64,000 nt of DNA, taken from NCBI GenBank assembly GCA_944358705.1, contig CALVRR010000004.1, positions 9,227-73,226 on the forward strand. Direction: 5' to 3'. Both the position numbers and the translations under genes were made by a program. Position 1 is the stretch's first letter, and each line of letters starts with the position of its first letter. Of this stretch, positions 8,132-18,141 are shown piece after piece. Below the pieces are notes generated by a model. That model had not been told where the DNA came from, did not search any database, and worked only from the letters and a program-made list of their open reading frames with translations. This stretch comes from an uncultured Bacilli bacterium. Its GTDB lineage: Bacteria; Bacillota_I; Bacilli_A; RF39; UBA660.

Positions 8132-10747
8132 TCAAACGACAAGTTCTACTTCATATGGATTCGTACTACTTCCATCTCCATTTACTACCATAACGTCAGC
8201 TGAAAGAGAAACAGACGGACGAACACCACTCGAATTACTTACCCTAAGATTACCAACAGAACCAACAGAATCCATACGAAATGTAAGAGCACTATACCGA
8301 TAGAAATAATCAGGGGAAAGTGACCAATAATATCGACCTATATCTAAATAGGAATTCCCACTATATTCACTTATATGACCAGCTAATGTAAACTCATCTA
8401 CCGTCAATAGTGCTATAGGATAAGTCAGAGCACCATTTCCTTTCTCATTACTTACTGTAAAAGAATCATTTAAATTTGAACAACTCACACTTGGATTTTT
8501 TGAATATATATTATTACCAAATGCAGTGAAATAACTAACATCAGTTCCTGCATCTACATCCTTGCCTTTTAAACTTCCACTAAAAAATTTTCTGTCATTA
8601 CACCATACCGTATCTTCTAAGTATTTTGTATATTCTATCATATTTTCCGAATACCAAACATCTAACATCGTTTTAATAGTAGAATCAGTTGTATTAGAAA
8701 ACATTTCATTCTTAATATCTTCTATATTATTCCCCTGATTTAATGTCAAATAGTAAATAACAGTAGAGTCCCCAAAGAAATGAATATAATAAACACTATC
8801 ACAAGTATTATCAGCAGACAAACATGTATAATGATACCTTTTAGCTAAATTTACCCTATCATTTGCCCAATCATTACTTTCTATAGTATCTACCAAAGTA
8901 TATTGACTACCATCCCAAATTATATCATTTCCATAGATAACTGTTCCCAAATCCTTTGCATCTATACTAGAATACTCGTATCTCGTCCCATACATATAAC
9001 CTACATCTGCTGGTGACGTACTATCTAAGTTAAAAGAAGTTTTTCCTATCATAGATTCTGTACCAGTATTATTACAATATCCATTATCATCAGGATGTCC
9101 GTCATAAATTAATTTTACACCACCTGTTTCTGTCGTTATAACTGCTTTCCAACAAAAATTAGCAAACTTAACATGATTATTATCAATATCTCCTCGATAA
9201 TAATGAATTGGATATTCATCCTCTTCAGTCCCAGCTCTTGTGTAAACACCCTTACCATTTGTATTTGATGGTATAGAAGCAAAATCAATCCCACTACTTG
9301 CTGATACAAATTCGCTAGCAACGTTATCCATTACTGCTTGATCTTGCATTATTTTATACAAAGTTTGAACTTTGGAAACTACTCCATCCATTGACTTTGC
9401 CAAAGTGAACTCTGACCAAATTGCTCTAATAGTAACATCCTTTTCTGGCATGACAAAGTAATCATCATTAATAGAAGTAACATTTTCCGTAACAATCTCC
9501 CACCCTTTAAATTGATAACCTACACAAATTGGTTTTTCCTCTTCAATTGATACCGAATTAAATACAGAATAAGTTTTAGAATTTGGAATATTACTTACAG
9601 TACAACCGCTTGGTGCATTCCCATCATAAATAACAGAATACCCTTCTTGCAATCTTGGACTATCAACACTGATTACATCTTCATCTTGCTCTTCAATCTT
9701 ACTAAACACTTCTGTGCTTTCATTTGTAGAATATACTCCGCCCTGTCCTATATACTCTTCTTTTAAATCGATATCCATCGTAAGTTTTGCATTTCTTCCA
9801 GATTTAAAATTATCAATCGTCCAAGTAATTTTTTGTTTACCATTTTCCTCTTCTAATTTTATTGTCCCTTCACTAACAGTAATATCATCTTTACTATCTA
9901 ATTTAAAATAACGTTGATCAATATAATCCACAATTTCAAACTTTTCATAAGGGATAGGCACAACACTTGCATCAAATAACACATTACTTAAAGTTTCCAT
10001 ATCAGCAAAAAACTGATTATCACTAACTTCTTGAATAGGTTTTAAAATTGCATTCCCCATCTCATACTGTATTCCATTCACAGTAATATAAGGATACTTC
10101 GTTTTTAAATATTGATATTGCGTAATCTGATTAGGAGTATTGACATTAGGATAACCATCCGTTAAGAATAAAACAATCGCATCTCTATTATCTTGCTTTG
10201 TATAGTCTTTTAAAATATTATCAACATTTACTAATGCTTGATAATAATTAGTATTACCCTGAACTTGTAAATCATTAATTTGACTTATTAACTTATCTTT
10301 ATCACTCGTAAAATCAGATACTATAGTAGAAGTAGTATCAAAAATAATAAGAGCTACTTGATTATTTCCATTAGAAAGTAAACTATCAACTAATTCTGTA
10401 GAATCCTGTTTCACTCTATCTAATTTATCACCAGACATAGAACCAGAAATATCTAATACCATAATAATATCCGTACTTTTATTTTCTGTCATTAAAGTAG
10501 TATCCACATCAAAAACAACTCTAGCTCTACCTTTACTAATCCATTTACCACTTTTTTTTATTTGCCAAGAACCAACTTCTTTTGATTCAAAACTAGTATT
10601 CTTAGAAGTAATAATGATACTTTTTAAAGGAGTTTCCAAAGCAAAAGAGGAAAGTAAAAAAAAACTAAAAATCGCAATAAAAAAAACACTCATAGCTATA
10701 ATTTGCTTGGTATAATTACGTATAAATATCTGTATCTTTTTTAACAT
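8132..10747 (-). CDS. Secreted VWA-domain adhesin-like protein with InlB-B-like repeat and C-terminal GVRP..GxG..PY domain (DUF6273-like)
   Basis: Signal peptide; MIDAS LDISGSM and FLTDG; YDGN..GYQFKGW..AIW repeat; terminal YWSLSP..GVRPSVSL..GDGSSTNPY. Confidence 0.75.
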   Translation of the reverse strand: MLKKIQIFIRNYTKQIIAMSVFFIAIFSFFLLSSFALETPLKSIIITSKNTSFESKEVGSWQIKKSGKWISKGRARVVFDVDTTLMTENKSTDIIMVLDISGSMSGDKLDRVKQDSTELVDSLLSNGNNQVALIIFDTTSTIVSDFTSDKDKLISQINDLQVQGNTNYYQALVNVDNILKDYTKQDNRDAIVLFLTDGYPNVNTPNQITQYQYLKTKYPYITVNGIQYEMGNAILKPIQEVSDNQFFADMETLSNVLFDASVVPIPYEKFEIVDYIDQRYFKLDSKDDITVSEGTIKLEEENGKQKITWTIDNFKSGRNAKLTMDIDLKEEYIGQGGVYSTNESTEVFSKIEEQDEDVISVDSPRLQEGYSVIYDGNAPSGCTVSNIPNSKTYSVFNSVSIEEEKPICVGYQFKGWEIVTENVTSINDDYFVMPEKDVTIRAIWSEFTLAKSMDGVVSKVQTLYKIMQDQAVMDNVASEFVSASSGIDFASIPSNTNGKGVYTRAGTEEDEYPIHYYRGDIDNNHVKFANFCWKAVITTETGGVKLIYDGHPDDNGYCNNTGTESMIGKTSFNLDSTSPADVGYMYGTRYEYSSIDAKDLGTVIYGNDIIWDGSQYTLVDTIESNDWANDRVNLAKRYHYTCLSADNTCDSVYYIHFFGDSTVIYYLTLNQGNNIEDIKNEMFSNTTDSTIKTMLDVWYSENMIEYTKYLEDTVWCNDRKFFSGSLKGKDVDAGTDVSYFTAFGNNIYSKNPSVSCSNLNDSFTVSNEKGNGALTYPIALLTVDEFTLAGHISEYSGNSYLDIGRYYWSLSPDYFYRYSALTFRMDSVGSVGNLRVSNSSGVRPSVSLSADVMVVNGDGSSTNPYEVELVV

Positions 10748-10987
10748 ATATTCTCTCCTTTAAAACCAAACATATTACAATCAAAAAGAAAGATACTTTA
10801 GGGTACCGAATTTAAGTATTATTTCTATCTTTATTACTCTAAATATACTATATTTTTTACTTTTTGACAATGTAATTCATTTTATTTTTATAGTTAATAC
10901 TTAACTTTTTAAAACAAAATTTGTAACTAAAAATGGTATTACAAATTTAGCTTATCTAAAAATTAAAAAATATATATAAATTTAGAA

Positions 10988-11015
10988 CAAAAAAGCAGTA
11001 CCTAAGTACCACTTT
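10988..11015 (-). terminator. Intrinsic terminator of tig
   Basis: aaagtggtac-ttag-gtactgcttt plus U tract. Confidence 0.65.
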
Positions 11016-11018
11016 CTA

Positions 11019-12347
11019 TTACTTATTTGCCTCTTTCAAAAGTTCAATAGTCTTTCTCATTTCTAAATCATATTGAACCATATCAATTCCACCAAATTGT
11101 TTTAAGAATTCCTCTTTTTCTAATTGATATTTCTTGGCTAATTCTTCTGCTTCTTTTTCAGCTTCTTCTACAGATACTTCAATCTTTTCTAAATTCATAA
11201 TCTCTTCTAACATTAAACGATAAAGTACATTAGAATAAGCTTCTTTTTCTAATTGACTTCTAAGGTCTGCTTCACTAGATTGTGTAAATTGATAATATAA
11301 ATCTAAAGAAATTCCTTGCATTCTCATTTGTTCTTCAAAACGTCTCATTAAACGAGTAACTTCTTCTTCTACCATCTCTTCTGGAATATCTACTTCAACA
11401 TTTTTAGAAACTCCTTCTAAAATAGCATCAATATATTTATTCTCAGCATCCATTTCCTTTTGAGCAAGAATACTCTTCTTAATTTCTTCTTTTAAGCTCT
11501 CTTCAGAATTAACGCCTTCCATTCCTAAATCTTCAAAGAAATCTTCATCTAATTCTCTATTTTGTTTTTCTTTAATTTCATGAACTTTTACCTTAAAGAT
11601 AGCTTTTGCTCCAGCCAAATCTTTAGCACCATAATCTTCTGGGAAAGTAACTTCAATCTCTTTTTCTTCTCCAGTCTTCATTCCAACTACTTGTTCTTCA
11701 AATCCAGGAATAAATGTGTGACTTCCAATCTCTAAAGAGTAGTTTTCTCCTTTTCCACCATCAAAAGCAACACCATCTTTAAATCCTTCAAAATCGATTA
11801 CTGCAGTATTTCCTTCTTCAACAACACCATCTTCCTTAGTAACAAGTTCTGTATATCTTTCTAATAAATGACCAAGTTCATGATTTACTTCATCAGAACT
11901 AACTTCTACTTTCTCAGGTTTAATATTTAATCCTTTATACTTTTTAACCTTTACTTCTGGTTTCGTAACAATTTTAAAAGTAAATTCTACACCATCTTCA
12001 TTTAAACTCTTTAAATCAACTGCAGGTTGTACTACTGGAACTAATTTAGACTCTTCCATTGCTTTTGTATAAGCATCTTGTAACACACTATCTGCTGCAT
12101 CAATAAATAAAGATTCTTTACCAAAATGTTTCTCATAAATCTCTCTTGGTACTTTACCTTTTCTAAATCCATCCACTTTCGCAGTTTTTTGTTTTTTACG
12201 AAAAGCTCCATCAAGTGCTTTTTGCCAAGCTTCTCCATCTATTTTAATAACTACTTCATGAATATTTTTCTTAACATCTTTCTTTTCTTCTTTTTTAGTT
12301 TCTTTCTTTACAGTTGTTTTTTCTTTCTTTTCTTCTTTTTTTGCCAT
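11019..12347 (-). CDS. tig: Trigger factor
   Basis: GFRKGKVP ribosome-binding motif; FKBP domain IDFEG..FIPGFEEQ..FPEDY. Confidence 0.97.
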   Translation of the reverse strand: MAKKEEKKEKTTVKKETKKEEKKDVKKNIHEVVIKIDGEAWQKALDGAFRKKQKTAKVDGFRKGKVPREIYEKHFGKESLFIDAADSVLQDAYTKAMEESKLVPVVQPAVDLKSLNEDGVEFTFKIVTKPEVKVKKYKGLNIKPEKVEVSSDEVNHELGHLLERYTELVTKEDGVVEEGNTAVIDFEGFKDGVAFDGGKGENYSLEIGSHTFIPGFEEQVVGMKTGEEKEIEVTFPEDYGAKDLAGAKAIFKVKVHEIKEKQNRELDEDFFEDLGMEGVNSEESLKEEIKKSILAQKEMDAENKYIDAILEGVSKNVEVDIPEEMVEEEVTRLMRRFEEQMRMQGISLDLYYQFTQSSEADLRSQLEKEAYSNVLYRLMLEEIMNLEKIEVSVEEAEKEAEELAKKYQLEKEEFLKQFGGIDMVQYDLEMRKTIELLKEANK

Positions 12348-12369
12348 TTCTATCCCTCCAACGTCTTAT

Positions 12370-12441
12370 ATTATACCCTACAATTTTATTTAAGACAACA
12401 CTTTATGTCAATTTGACAAAAGAAATAAAATATAGTATAAT
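12370..12441. promoter_or_regulatory. Divergent sigma-A promoters (tig / metallophosphoesterase)
   Basis: Plus: TTGACA(12413)-17-TATAAT(12436). Minus: TTGACA(12411)-17-TAAAAT and TTGTCT(12398)-17-TATAAT. Confidence 0.7.
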
Positions 12442-12470
12442 AACCAATCAAAGAAAAGGGGGAAATATAT

Positions 12471-13367
12471 ATGGGAAAAATTAGATACCTTACGATATAT
12501 TCCAGAAAAATTCCAACAGAAATGAAAATAGTAGTTATTTCAGATATTCACAAAGAAAAAACGATTGGAGAAAAAAATTTAGAAAAGTTAGCAAATAAGA
12601 TTGATATGGCCGAAATAAGTCATATAATAATTGCCGGAGATAGTGTAAATAGTGTAAATGATTTAAAAGAAAAAGACTTCAAATATCAATTTCAAAAAAT
12701 GTTTGATGAATTTTCAAAAGGAAAACCAACGATTGTAGGATATGGAAATCATGATCAGATGACAAGAAAAAACAATATATGGGTTCCAGGAAATAAAGAA
12801 ATTCTAAAACAAACACTAGAAGAACTACCAAATTTTATGGTATTAGAAAATGGCGAAAAAGTAACTATAAACAATATTGAGTATAGTGCCTTATCTCCAG
12901 ATTTTGATTATTACGAAAATAAAGAAAAAAGAAAATGTGATCGTGAATCTCCTGAAGATTATAAAAAACTAATCGAAAAACACTATAATCCAAATCTATT
13001 TAGTGAAGATAAATATAGTATTTTAGTAACACACGAGCCACAATCTCCAATCATAGTAAGTAAAGAATTAGGAGAATGTTTCCAACCAAATACGAACCTT
13101 GTCGTATCTGGACATTATCATGGCGGACTAGTACCAACAGAATTACAAACAATAGTAGAAAACACACCTTTAAATCGATGGTTAGAAAATAGAGGTCTAC
13201 TTTCTCCACAAATGCAAATAGCTCCTAAATACGCCTGGGGAACAGAACAAATAGGAGAAACCACATTCCTTATCAACAACCCAGTAAATACACGCGTAGA
13301 AACACCTTTAATAAATAATTTATATGGAGCAAGTGCAACAATATTAACACTAAAGAAAATGCGATAA
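12471..13367 (+). CDS. Calcineurin-like metallophosphoesterase
   Basis: SDIH, AGD, GNHD, THEP, SGHYHGG motifs. Confidence 0.9.
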   Translation: MGKIRYLTIYSRKIPTEMKIVVISDIHKEKTIGEKNLEKLANKIDMAEISHIIIAGDSVNSVNDLKEKDFKYQFQKMFDEFSKGKPTIVGYGNHDQMTRKNNIWVPGNKEILKQTLEELPNFMVLENGEKVTINNIEYSALSPDFDYYENKEKRKCDRESPEDYKKLIEKHYNPNLFSEDKYSILVTHEPQSPIIVSKELGECFQPNTNLVVSGHYHGGLVPTELQTIVENTPLNRWLENRGLLSPQMQIAPKYAWGTEQIGETTFLINNPVNTRVETPLINNLYGASATILTLKKMR

Positions 13368-13425
13368 AATCGCTTTTTTTATACCTCAAAATATGCTAAA
13401 ATGAAAAAAGAAAGAAAGTGATAAT

Positions 13426-14430
13426 ATGAAAAAAACAATTTTAACAGGATTAAGACCAACAGGAAATCTTCACCTAGGTCATTATTTTGGAGCTGGAAAA
13501 AATTATTTAAAAATGCAAAATGATTATGATTTCTATTTAGAAATTGCCGATGTACAAGCTCTAACAGATAATTTCAACAATCCAGAAAAAGTTAGAAAAA
13601 ATGTAACCGAAATTACAATAGACTTATTATCGATTGGTCTAGACCCTAAAAAAGTAAATTTCTTTATTCAATCAAAAATACCTGAAATTGCAGAACTTAC
13701 TGTATTCTACTCCAATCTTGTAACAGTAGCTAGACTAGAAAGAAATCCTACAGTAAAAACTGAAATTGCTCAGAAAAAAGAATTATTTGGTAACAAAGGA
13801 GAATCCATCACCTATGGATTTTTAGGTTACCCAGTTTCCCAAGCAGCCGATATCACAGCCTTTGATGGAGAAGTAGTACCTGTAGGAGAAGATCAACTTC
13901 CCCTACTAGAACAATGCCGCGAAATTGTTAGAAAATTCAACTCCATTTATGGAACCACACTAAAAGAACCAAGTGCAATACTAAGTGAAGTAAAACGAGT
14001 AAAAGGTCTAGATGGAAATGATAAAATGGGAAAAAGTCTAGGAAATGCCATATTCCTAAACGACAATGAAGAAACAATAAAGAAAAAAATTATGGGAGCA
14101 GTAACAGACCCTAATAAAATTAAAAAAGACGACCCTGCAAATCCAGACATCTGTATGGTTTACTACTATCATAACTTAGTAAATAAGAAAGAAAATATAG
14201 AAAAGATTTGCACGGAATGCAAAAAAGGTTCCCGTGGTTGTGTACAATGTAAAAAAGAGCTAGTAGAAGCAATGAATAACTTCTTAAAACCAATCAAAGA
14301 AAAAAGAAAATATTATGAAGAAAATCCTGAAATTGTAAAAGAAATTTTAGAAAAAGGAACAAAAAAAGCCAAGGAAAAAGCAGAAGCACAAATGAAAGAA
14401 GTAAAAAAAGCAATGAAAATAGACTACTAA
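13426..14430 (+). CDS. trpS: Tryptophan--tRNA ligase
   Basis: TGLRPTGNLHLGH, YPVSQAADI, VPVGEDQ, KMGKS. Confidence 0.97.
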   Translation: MKKTILTGLRPTGNLHLGHYFGAGKNYLKMQNDYDFYLEIADVQALTDNFNNPEKVRKNVTEITIDLLSIGLDPKKVNFFIQSKIPEIAELTVFYSNLVTVARLERNPTVKTEIAQKKELFGNKGESITYGFLGYPVSQAADITAFDGEVVPVGEDQLPLLEQCREIVRKFNSIYGTTLKEPSAILSEVKRVKGLDGNDKMGKSLGNAIFLNDNEETIKKKIMGAVTDPNKIKKDDPANPDICMVYYYHNLVNKKENIEKICTECKKGSRGCVQCKKELVEAMNNFLKPIKEKRKYYEENPEIVKEILEKGTKKAKEKAEAQMKEVKKAMKIDY

Positions 14431-14454
14431 AAAAGCATCAAGTAAGATGCTTTT
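14431..14454. terminator. Bidirectional terminator trpS / yjbA-like
   Basis: aaaagcatc-aagtaa-gatgctttt between convergent genes. Confidence 0.75.
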
Positions 14455-15097
14455 ATTTTTTAGAATAACTAAGACGTACAATATCAAATAACCGACGATA
14501 TCGAAAATCAAAATGATAAGTTAAATCATCAAATAACCGTTCATATTTAGAAACAACATTACGACTATCCTTACCGAAAACCTCTTCATATAAATAAATA
14601 AGTTTATCAAAATTCTTTTTCTGAAATAAGAAAGAAACCTCTTTTAACAAATACTTTTTTTGAAACTCCTCTTCCCGAGTAAGAAAAAACAAACTTCTAT
14701 CTTTTTTTATGACCTTATAAGAAATACTTTCTTCTTCAAAATCCACTGCTCCCTGTATAACTTCACTTTCCTCATCTAACAATAGACAACTTCGAGCAAT
14801 AATTTCTCCTTGTTCAGAAAACTCTATCGCAACAACGCGATTTAAGTCACAAAACAAACTAGCATACGATATGGTTTTCTTTTTTTTATAAAGTAAAGTT
14901 TTACCCTTAATCTTATCTAAAAATTCCTTACTTATCTTAATATCTGCAAAACAAAAATTATCCATATCAATAGACGAAACCCTTACAATAGGGATTTTTT
15001 TTACATGTTCTAAAACATCGTATTTTGACCATTCAAAAAATTCAACCAATCTTTCTTTATCTTGAAAATTAAGTAATAAGTCATAAATATAAGTCAT
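14453..15097 (-). CDS. DUF3603 / YjbA-like protein
   Basis: MTYIYDLLLNF..FFEW..D..EH..KIP, S.LL.DEE, LTR.E; next to trpS as in Bacillus. Confidence 0.65.
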   Translation of the reverse strand: MTYIYDLLLNFQDKERLVEFFEWSKYDVLEHVKKIPIVRVSSIDMDNFCFADIKISKEFLDKIKGKTLLYKKKKTISYASLFCDLNRVVAIEFSEQGEIIARSCLLLDEESEVIQGAVDFEEESISYKVIKKDRSLFFLTREEEFQKKYLLKEVSFLFQKKNFDKLIYLYEEVFGKDSRNVVSKYERLFDDLTYHFDFRYRRLFDIVRLSYSKK

Positions 15098-15300
15098 GAA
15101 TGCCTCCCCTTTCTAATCAAAGAAATATATACCAAAGAAGATCCTAAAATAAAAAGATAACATTCCCCTCGCTGTAATAAAAATAAAATATATTCTAAAA
15201 AACTATACCCAAAGACAAACAAATTAAAATATAAAATAGAAAAAGTACATCCAATTACCATAAAAATAAAACCAATAAAAAACAATATAATATGTTTCAT
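15094..15300 (-). CDS. Small membrane protein
   Basis: Hydrophobic ORF overlapping (ATGA) with the downstream gene; start uncertain (15300 or 15357). Confidence 0.55.
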   Translation of the reverse strand: MKHIILFFIGFIFMVIGCTFSILYFNLFVFGYSFLEYILFLLQRGECYLFILGSSLVYISLIRKGRHS

Positions 15301-15384
15301 ATTAAACTTTATGAACGAACTATTTTTAGTATACGAATAATCTAAAAAAATATTCAAAAAAAACTATTTAGAAAACCTAAATAG

Positions 15385-16050
15385 TTAATATTTTCTTCTC
15401 TGTTGCTCAGAAGAATCCTCCTGCATTCTATGTAATTCCAAAATATTAGTAATTACATTTTTCATATAGTATTCAAATTCAAACGGATAAGTAACCTGCA
15501 TATGTTGTAGTCTTTGTTCTTTAAAAGATTCTACAATACAAAAAGAAGAATTTTCAACCATATAAGTATTAGGCATCATCTCTATAAGATTTCCATTTGT
15601 AAAAATCTTATCTCCTTCATCCAAGGAATAAATTCCATTAGAATTGTCTTTCCTATAAGTGCCTGTTGCTCCTTCTTTTTTCAACATATCATTTAACTGA
15701 TGAGTACTGTTCACTTCATCTATTAACTCTTGCATCTTATGAATAGAATCTTGATTAAAGTGCTCCATAAAAGAATTAGGATGAGAAATGAGCTTTCTTA
15801 TATCAATAATTCCATTCTTATTATCCTGTTGTTTAAAATCAATATATCCCTCACGCGACAATATTTTTAATCTAGGAACAAAATCTAAATCAGATAAATT
15901 TTGGAAAAAAGAAAAAAACTCACTATATTTTCTATTACTCATGATAGAAATAAAATCATCAGGCAATTGAAACGAAGATATTAAAAATCCACTTTCTGCA
16001 AGTGCAATCAAAAACAAATCAATAAATTCATTTTGTGATTTAATTTTCAC
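15385..16050 (-). CDS. Hypothetical protein
   Basis: 221 aa, GTG start with GGGGAG RBS, followed by hairpin at 15362-15386. Confidence 0.6.
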   Translation of the reverse strand: MKIKSQNEFIDLFLIALAESGFLISSFQLPDDFISIMSNRKYSEFFSFFQNLSDLDFVPRLKILSREGYIDFKQQDNKNGIIDIRKLISHPNSFMEHFNQDSIHKMQELIDEVNSTHQLNDMLKKEGATGTYRKDNSNGIYSLDEGDKIFTNGNLIEMMPNTYMVENSSFCIVESFKEQRLQHMQVTYPFEFEYYMKNVITNILELHRMQEDSSEQQRRKY

Positions 16051-16110
16051 TATAACTCCCCCTTATTCACAAAACATATTTTACTATAAATAGATAAAAA
16101 AAGAAAGAAA

Positions 16111-17181
16111 CTATTCATCCTTGCTCTCTAACAACCCTACTTCTACCTTATTAATACTATCAAACTTTTTAGAAATTTTATCTGTAGTAATAGATACATT
16201 CTCAACATCTTTATTTACTGTCTGAATACTACGAGCTAACTTATCCCAACGTTCCTTATATCTAGCAAATTCTAATCCTAATTTATTTAACTCCTCATGA
16301 ATAACTGAAGTATATTTATCACGTTCCATATTTTTAATAATCATCTCAATAACAGTTAAAGTAGAAATCAAAGTAGTAGGACTAGTAATCCATACTCTCT
16401 TTTTATAAGCGTATTCAATAATATCTGAATGATAAGCATTAATCTCTGCAAATATCGCTTCTGCTGGTAAAAATAAAATCGCTTGATCAGCCGTTTCTCC
16501 AGGAATGATATATTTACTACTAATTGCATCAATATGTTTCTTCATATCCTGTTTAAACATCTTTTCGTAATTATCACGCATCTCTACCGCCAACTTTTTA
16601 TCCACCATCCTTTGATAATGTTCCAAAGGAAATTTAGAGTCGATAGCAATCGTACCTAAAGGCTCTGGAGCAAACAACACACAATCAGCGATCACTCCCG
16701 TACTAAGAGTATATTGTAATCGATAAATAGAATCGTTTTTTTCTCCAAAGACATTCGTTAAAATATGCTTTAAATTTACCTCACCAAAAATACCACGTGT
16801 CTTTTTATCCGTCAAAATACTTTGTAAACTAACAATATCCGTAGATAAATTTTCAATTTTCTTCTGTGCTTCATCAATCTTAGATAATCGTTCTATAACA
16901 TTCATAAAAGTCTTATTTGTCTTCTCAAAATTCTGATCCAATCTTTCATTTACTTTTTCATTAACTGCAAGTAATCGACGCTCTACTTGCTCATTTAACT
17001 TTGTAAAATCATCATTTAAACTACGAGACAAGTCACTTTTAAAATCACCCATCTCCTTCATCAAATTTACTTCTAAACGACCAAGTCTTTCCGTAATATT
17101 ACTTTCATTAATATTCTTAAATAACGATATCACTACCAAAATCAAAATAACAACTAACAATCCTATAATAATATAATCCAT
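16111..17181 (-). CDS. rmuC: DNA recombination protein RmuC
   Basis: N-terminal TM and coiled coil, KTRGIFGE, IDSKFP, AILFLPAEAIF, SPTTL. Confidence 0.92.
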   Translation of the reverse strand: MDYIIIGLLVVILILVVISLFKNINESNITERLGRLEVNLMKEMGDFKSDLSRSLNDDFTKLNEQVERRLLAVNEKVNERLDQNFEKTNKTFMNVIERLSKIDEAQKKIENLSTDIVSLQSILTDKKTRGIFGEVNLKHILTNVFGEKNDSIYRLQYTLSTGVIADCVLFAPEPLGTIAIDSKFPLEHYQRMVDKKLAVEMRDNYEKMFKQDMKKHIDAISSKYIIPGETADQAILFLPAEAIFAEINAYHSDIIEYAYKKRVWITSPTTLISTLTVIEMIIKNMERDKYTSVIHEELNKLGLEFARYKERWDKLARSIQTVNKDVENVSITTDKISKKFDSINKVEVGLLESKDE

Positions 17182-17190
17182 AAAAACCTC

Positions 17191-17778
17191 CTACTCCAAA
17201 TCTACTTTTTTACTAACAAATTTTGAAATAACATAAGCAACAATTAACATAAGAGAAACAATAATAATAGTATTAATATCTGTCATACTTTCAATTAAAC
17301 TCTTACTGACATACCCCCAGAAAAGAATCATAAATACTTTACCAATAAAAATAGAAAATAAAAATTTACGTTTACTAACTCTAGCAATACCACAAATAAT
17401 ATTAACTAAAAAAGCAGGAGTAAATGGTAAAGAAATAACTAATACTAAATTAGAAAACGATATCTTTTGAAATTTACTCATTGCCTTTTCTACTTGTGCA
17501 AGTGTTTTTTTAGAGAGAACACGAGTAAGTAATTTATCCGATAAAAATGAAAAAAAAGTATAAGAAATAAAACACCCCAAGCAAGTAGCACACCAAGATA
17601 AACCAATACCGAGAACATCACCAAAAGCATTTACATTTAAAGCAACAAACACTCCAAGTGGCAAAACTGGCAAAAAAGATTCTAATAAGATAAGGATGAA
17701 ACCAAAAATAAGTCCTCCATCACTAATAAAATCAGTACAAAACTGAATAAAAGACTCTACTACATCCATTAGCATCAC
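17191..17778 (-). CDS. TVP38/VTT (SNARE-associated, DedA-like) membrane protein
   Basis: ESFLPVLPL, PFTPAFLVN..G..F..GK motifs. Confidence 0.85.
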   Translation of the reverse strand: MMLMDVVESFIQFCTDFISDGGLIFGFILILLESFLPVLPLGVFVALNVNAFGDVLGIGLSWCATCLGCFISYTFFSFLSDKLLTRVLSKKTLAQVEKAMSKFQKISFSNLVLVISLPFTPAFLVNIICGIARVSKRKFLFSIFIGKVFMILFWGYVSKSLIESMTDINTIIIVSLMLIVAYVISKFVSKKVDLE

Positions 17779-17800
17779 CTTATACTATTATAGTACAAAT

Positions 17801-18085
17801 TTATCTCTTAAACAAGTAATTCTGATATCCTCCAAGAATAGAAATAGCACGATATCCACGCATTCTTAATCGCATACAAACATCTTCACTAAGATAACCA
17901 ACATCACAATAAATATAATACGTATGATTAAAATCCAAATAAGTAGATGGATGATAAATAAGTTCCGAACTTACAATATTCTTAGCCCCTGGAATATGCC
18001 CTTTCTGATAACTATCAACATCACGAATATCAATCAAAAAAATAGGTTTCTTTAAAGATAACAATTCATCAACAGTAATTTTCAA
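17801..18085 (-). CDS. Rhodanese-like protein
   Basis: IDIR..Y..GHIPGA, YCDVG, GGY; TTG start. Confidence 0.9.
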   Translation of the reverse strand: MKITVDELLSLKKPIFLIDIRDVDSYQKGHIPGAKNIVSSELIYHPSTYLDFNHTYYIYCDVGYLSEDVCMRLRMRGYRAISILGGYQNYLFKR

Positions 18086-18110
18086 TAGACATCACCTAAT
18101 ATAAAATATG

Positions 18111-18141
18111 AAAAAAAAGAATCTATCATCATAATAGATTC
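18111..18141 (-). terminator. Terminator closing the T4SS/Tad locus
   Basis: gaatctat/atagattc stem plus 8-U tract directly after the 18142 stop. Confidence 0.7.

Noticed and set aside
8132-10747. Diversity-generating retroelement target
   Set aside because: No reverse transcriptase or near-identical template repeat visible in the window
10748-11018. Longest intergenic region as possible ncRNA or riboswitch
   Set aside because: Very AT-rich; only the tig terminator and promoter-like hexamers were recognisable, with no conserved RNA motif
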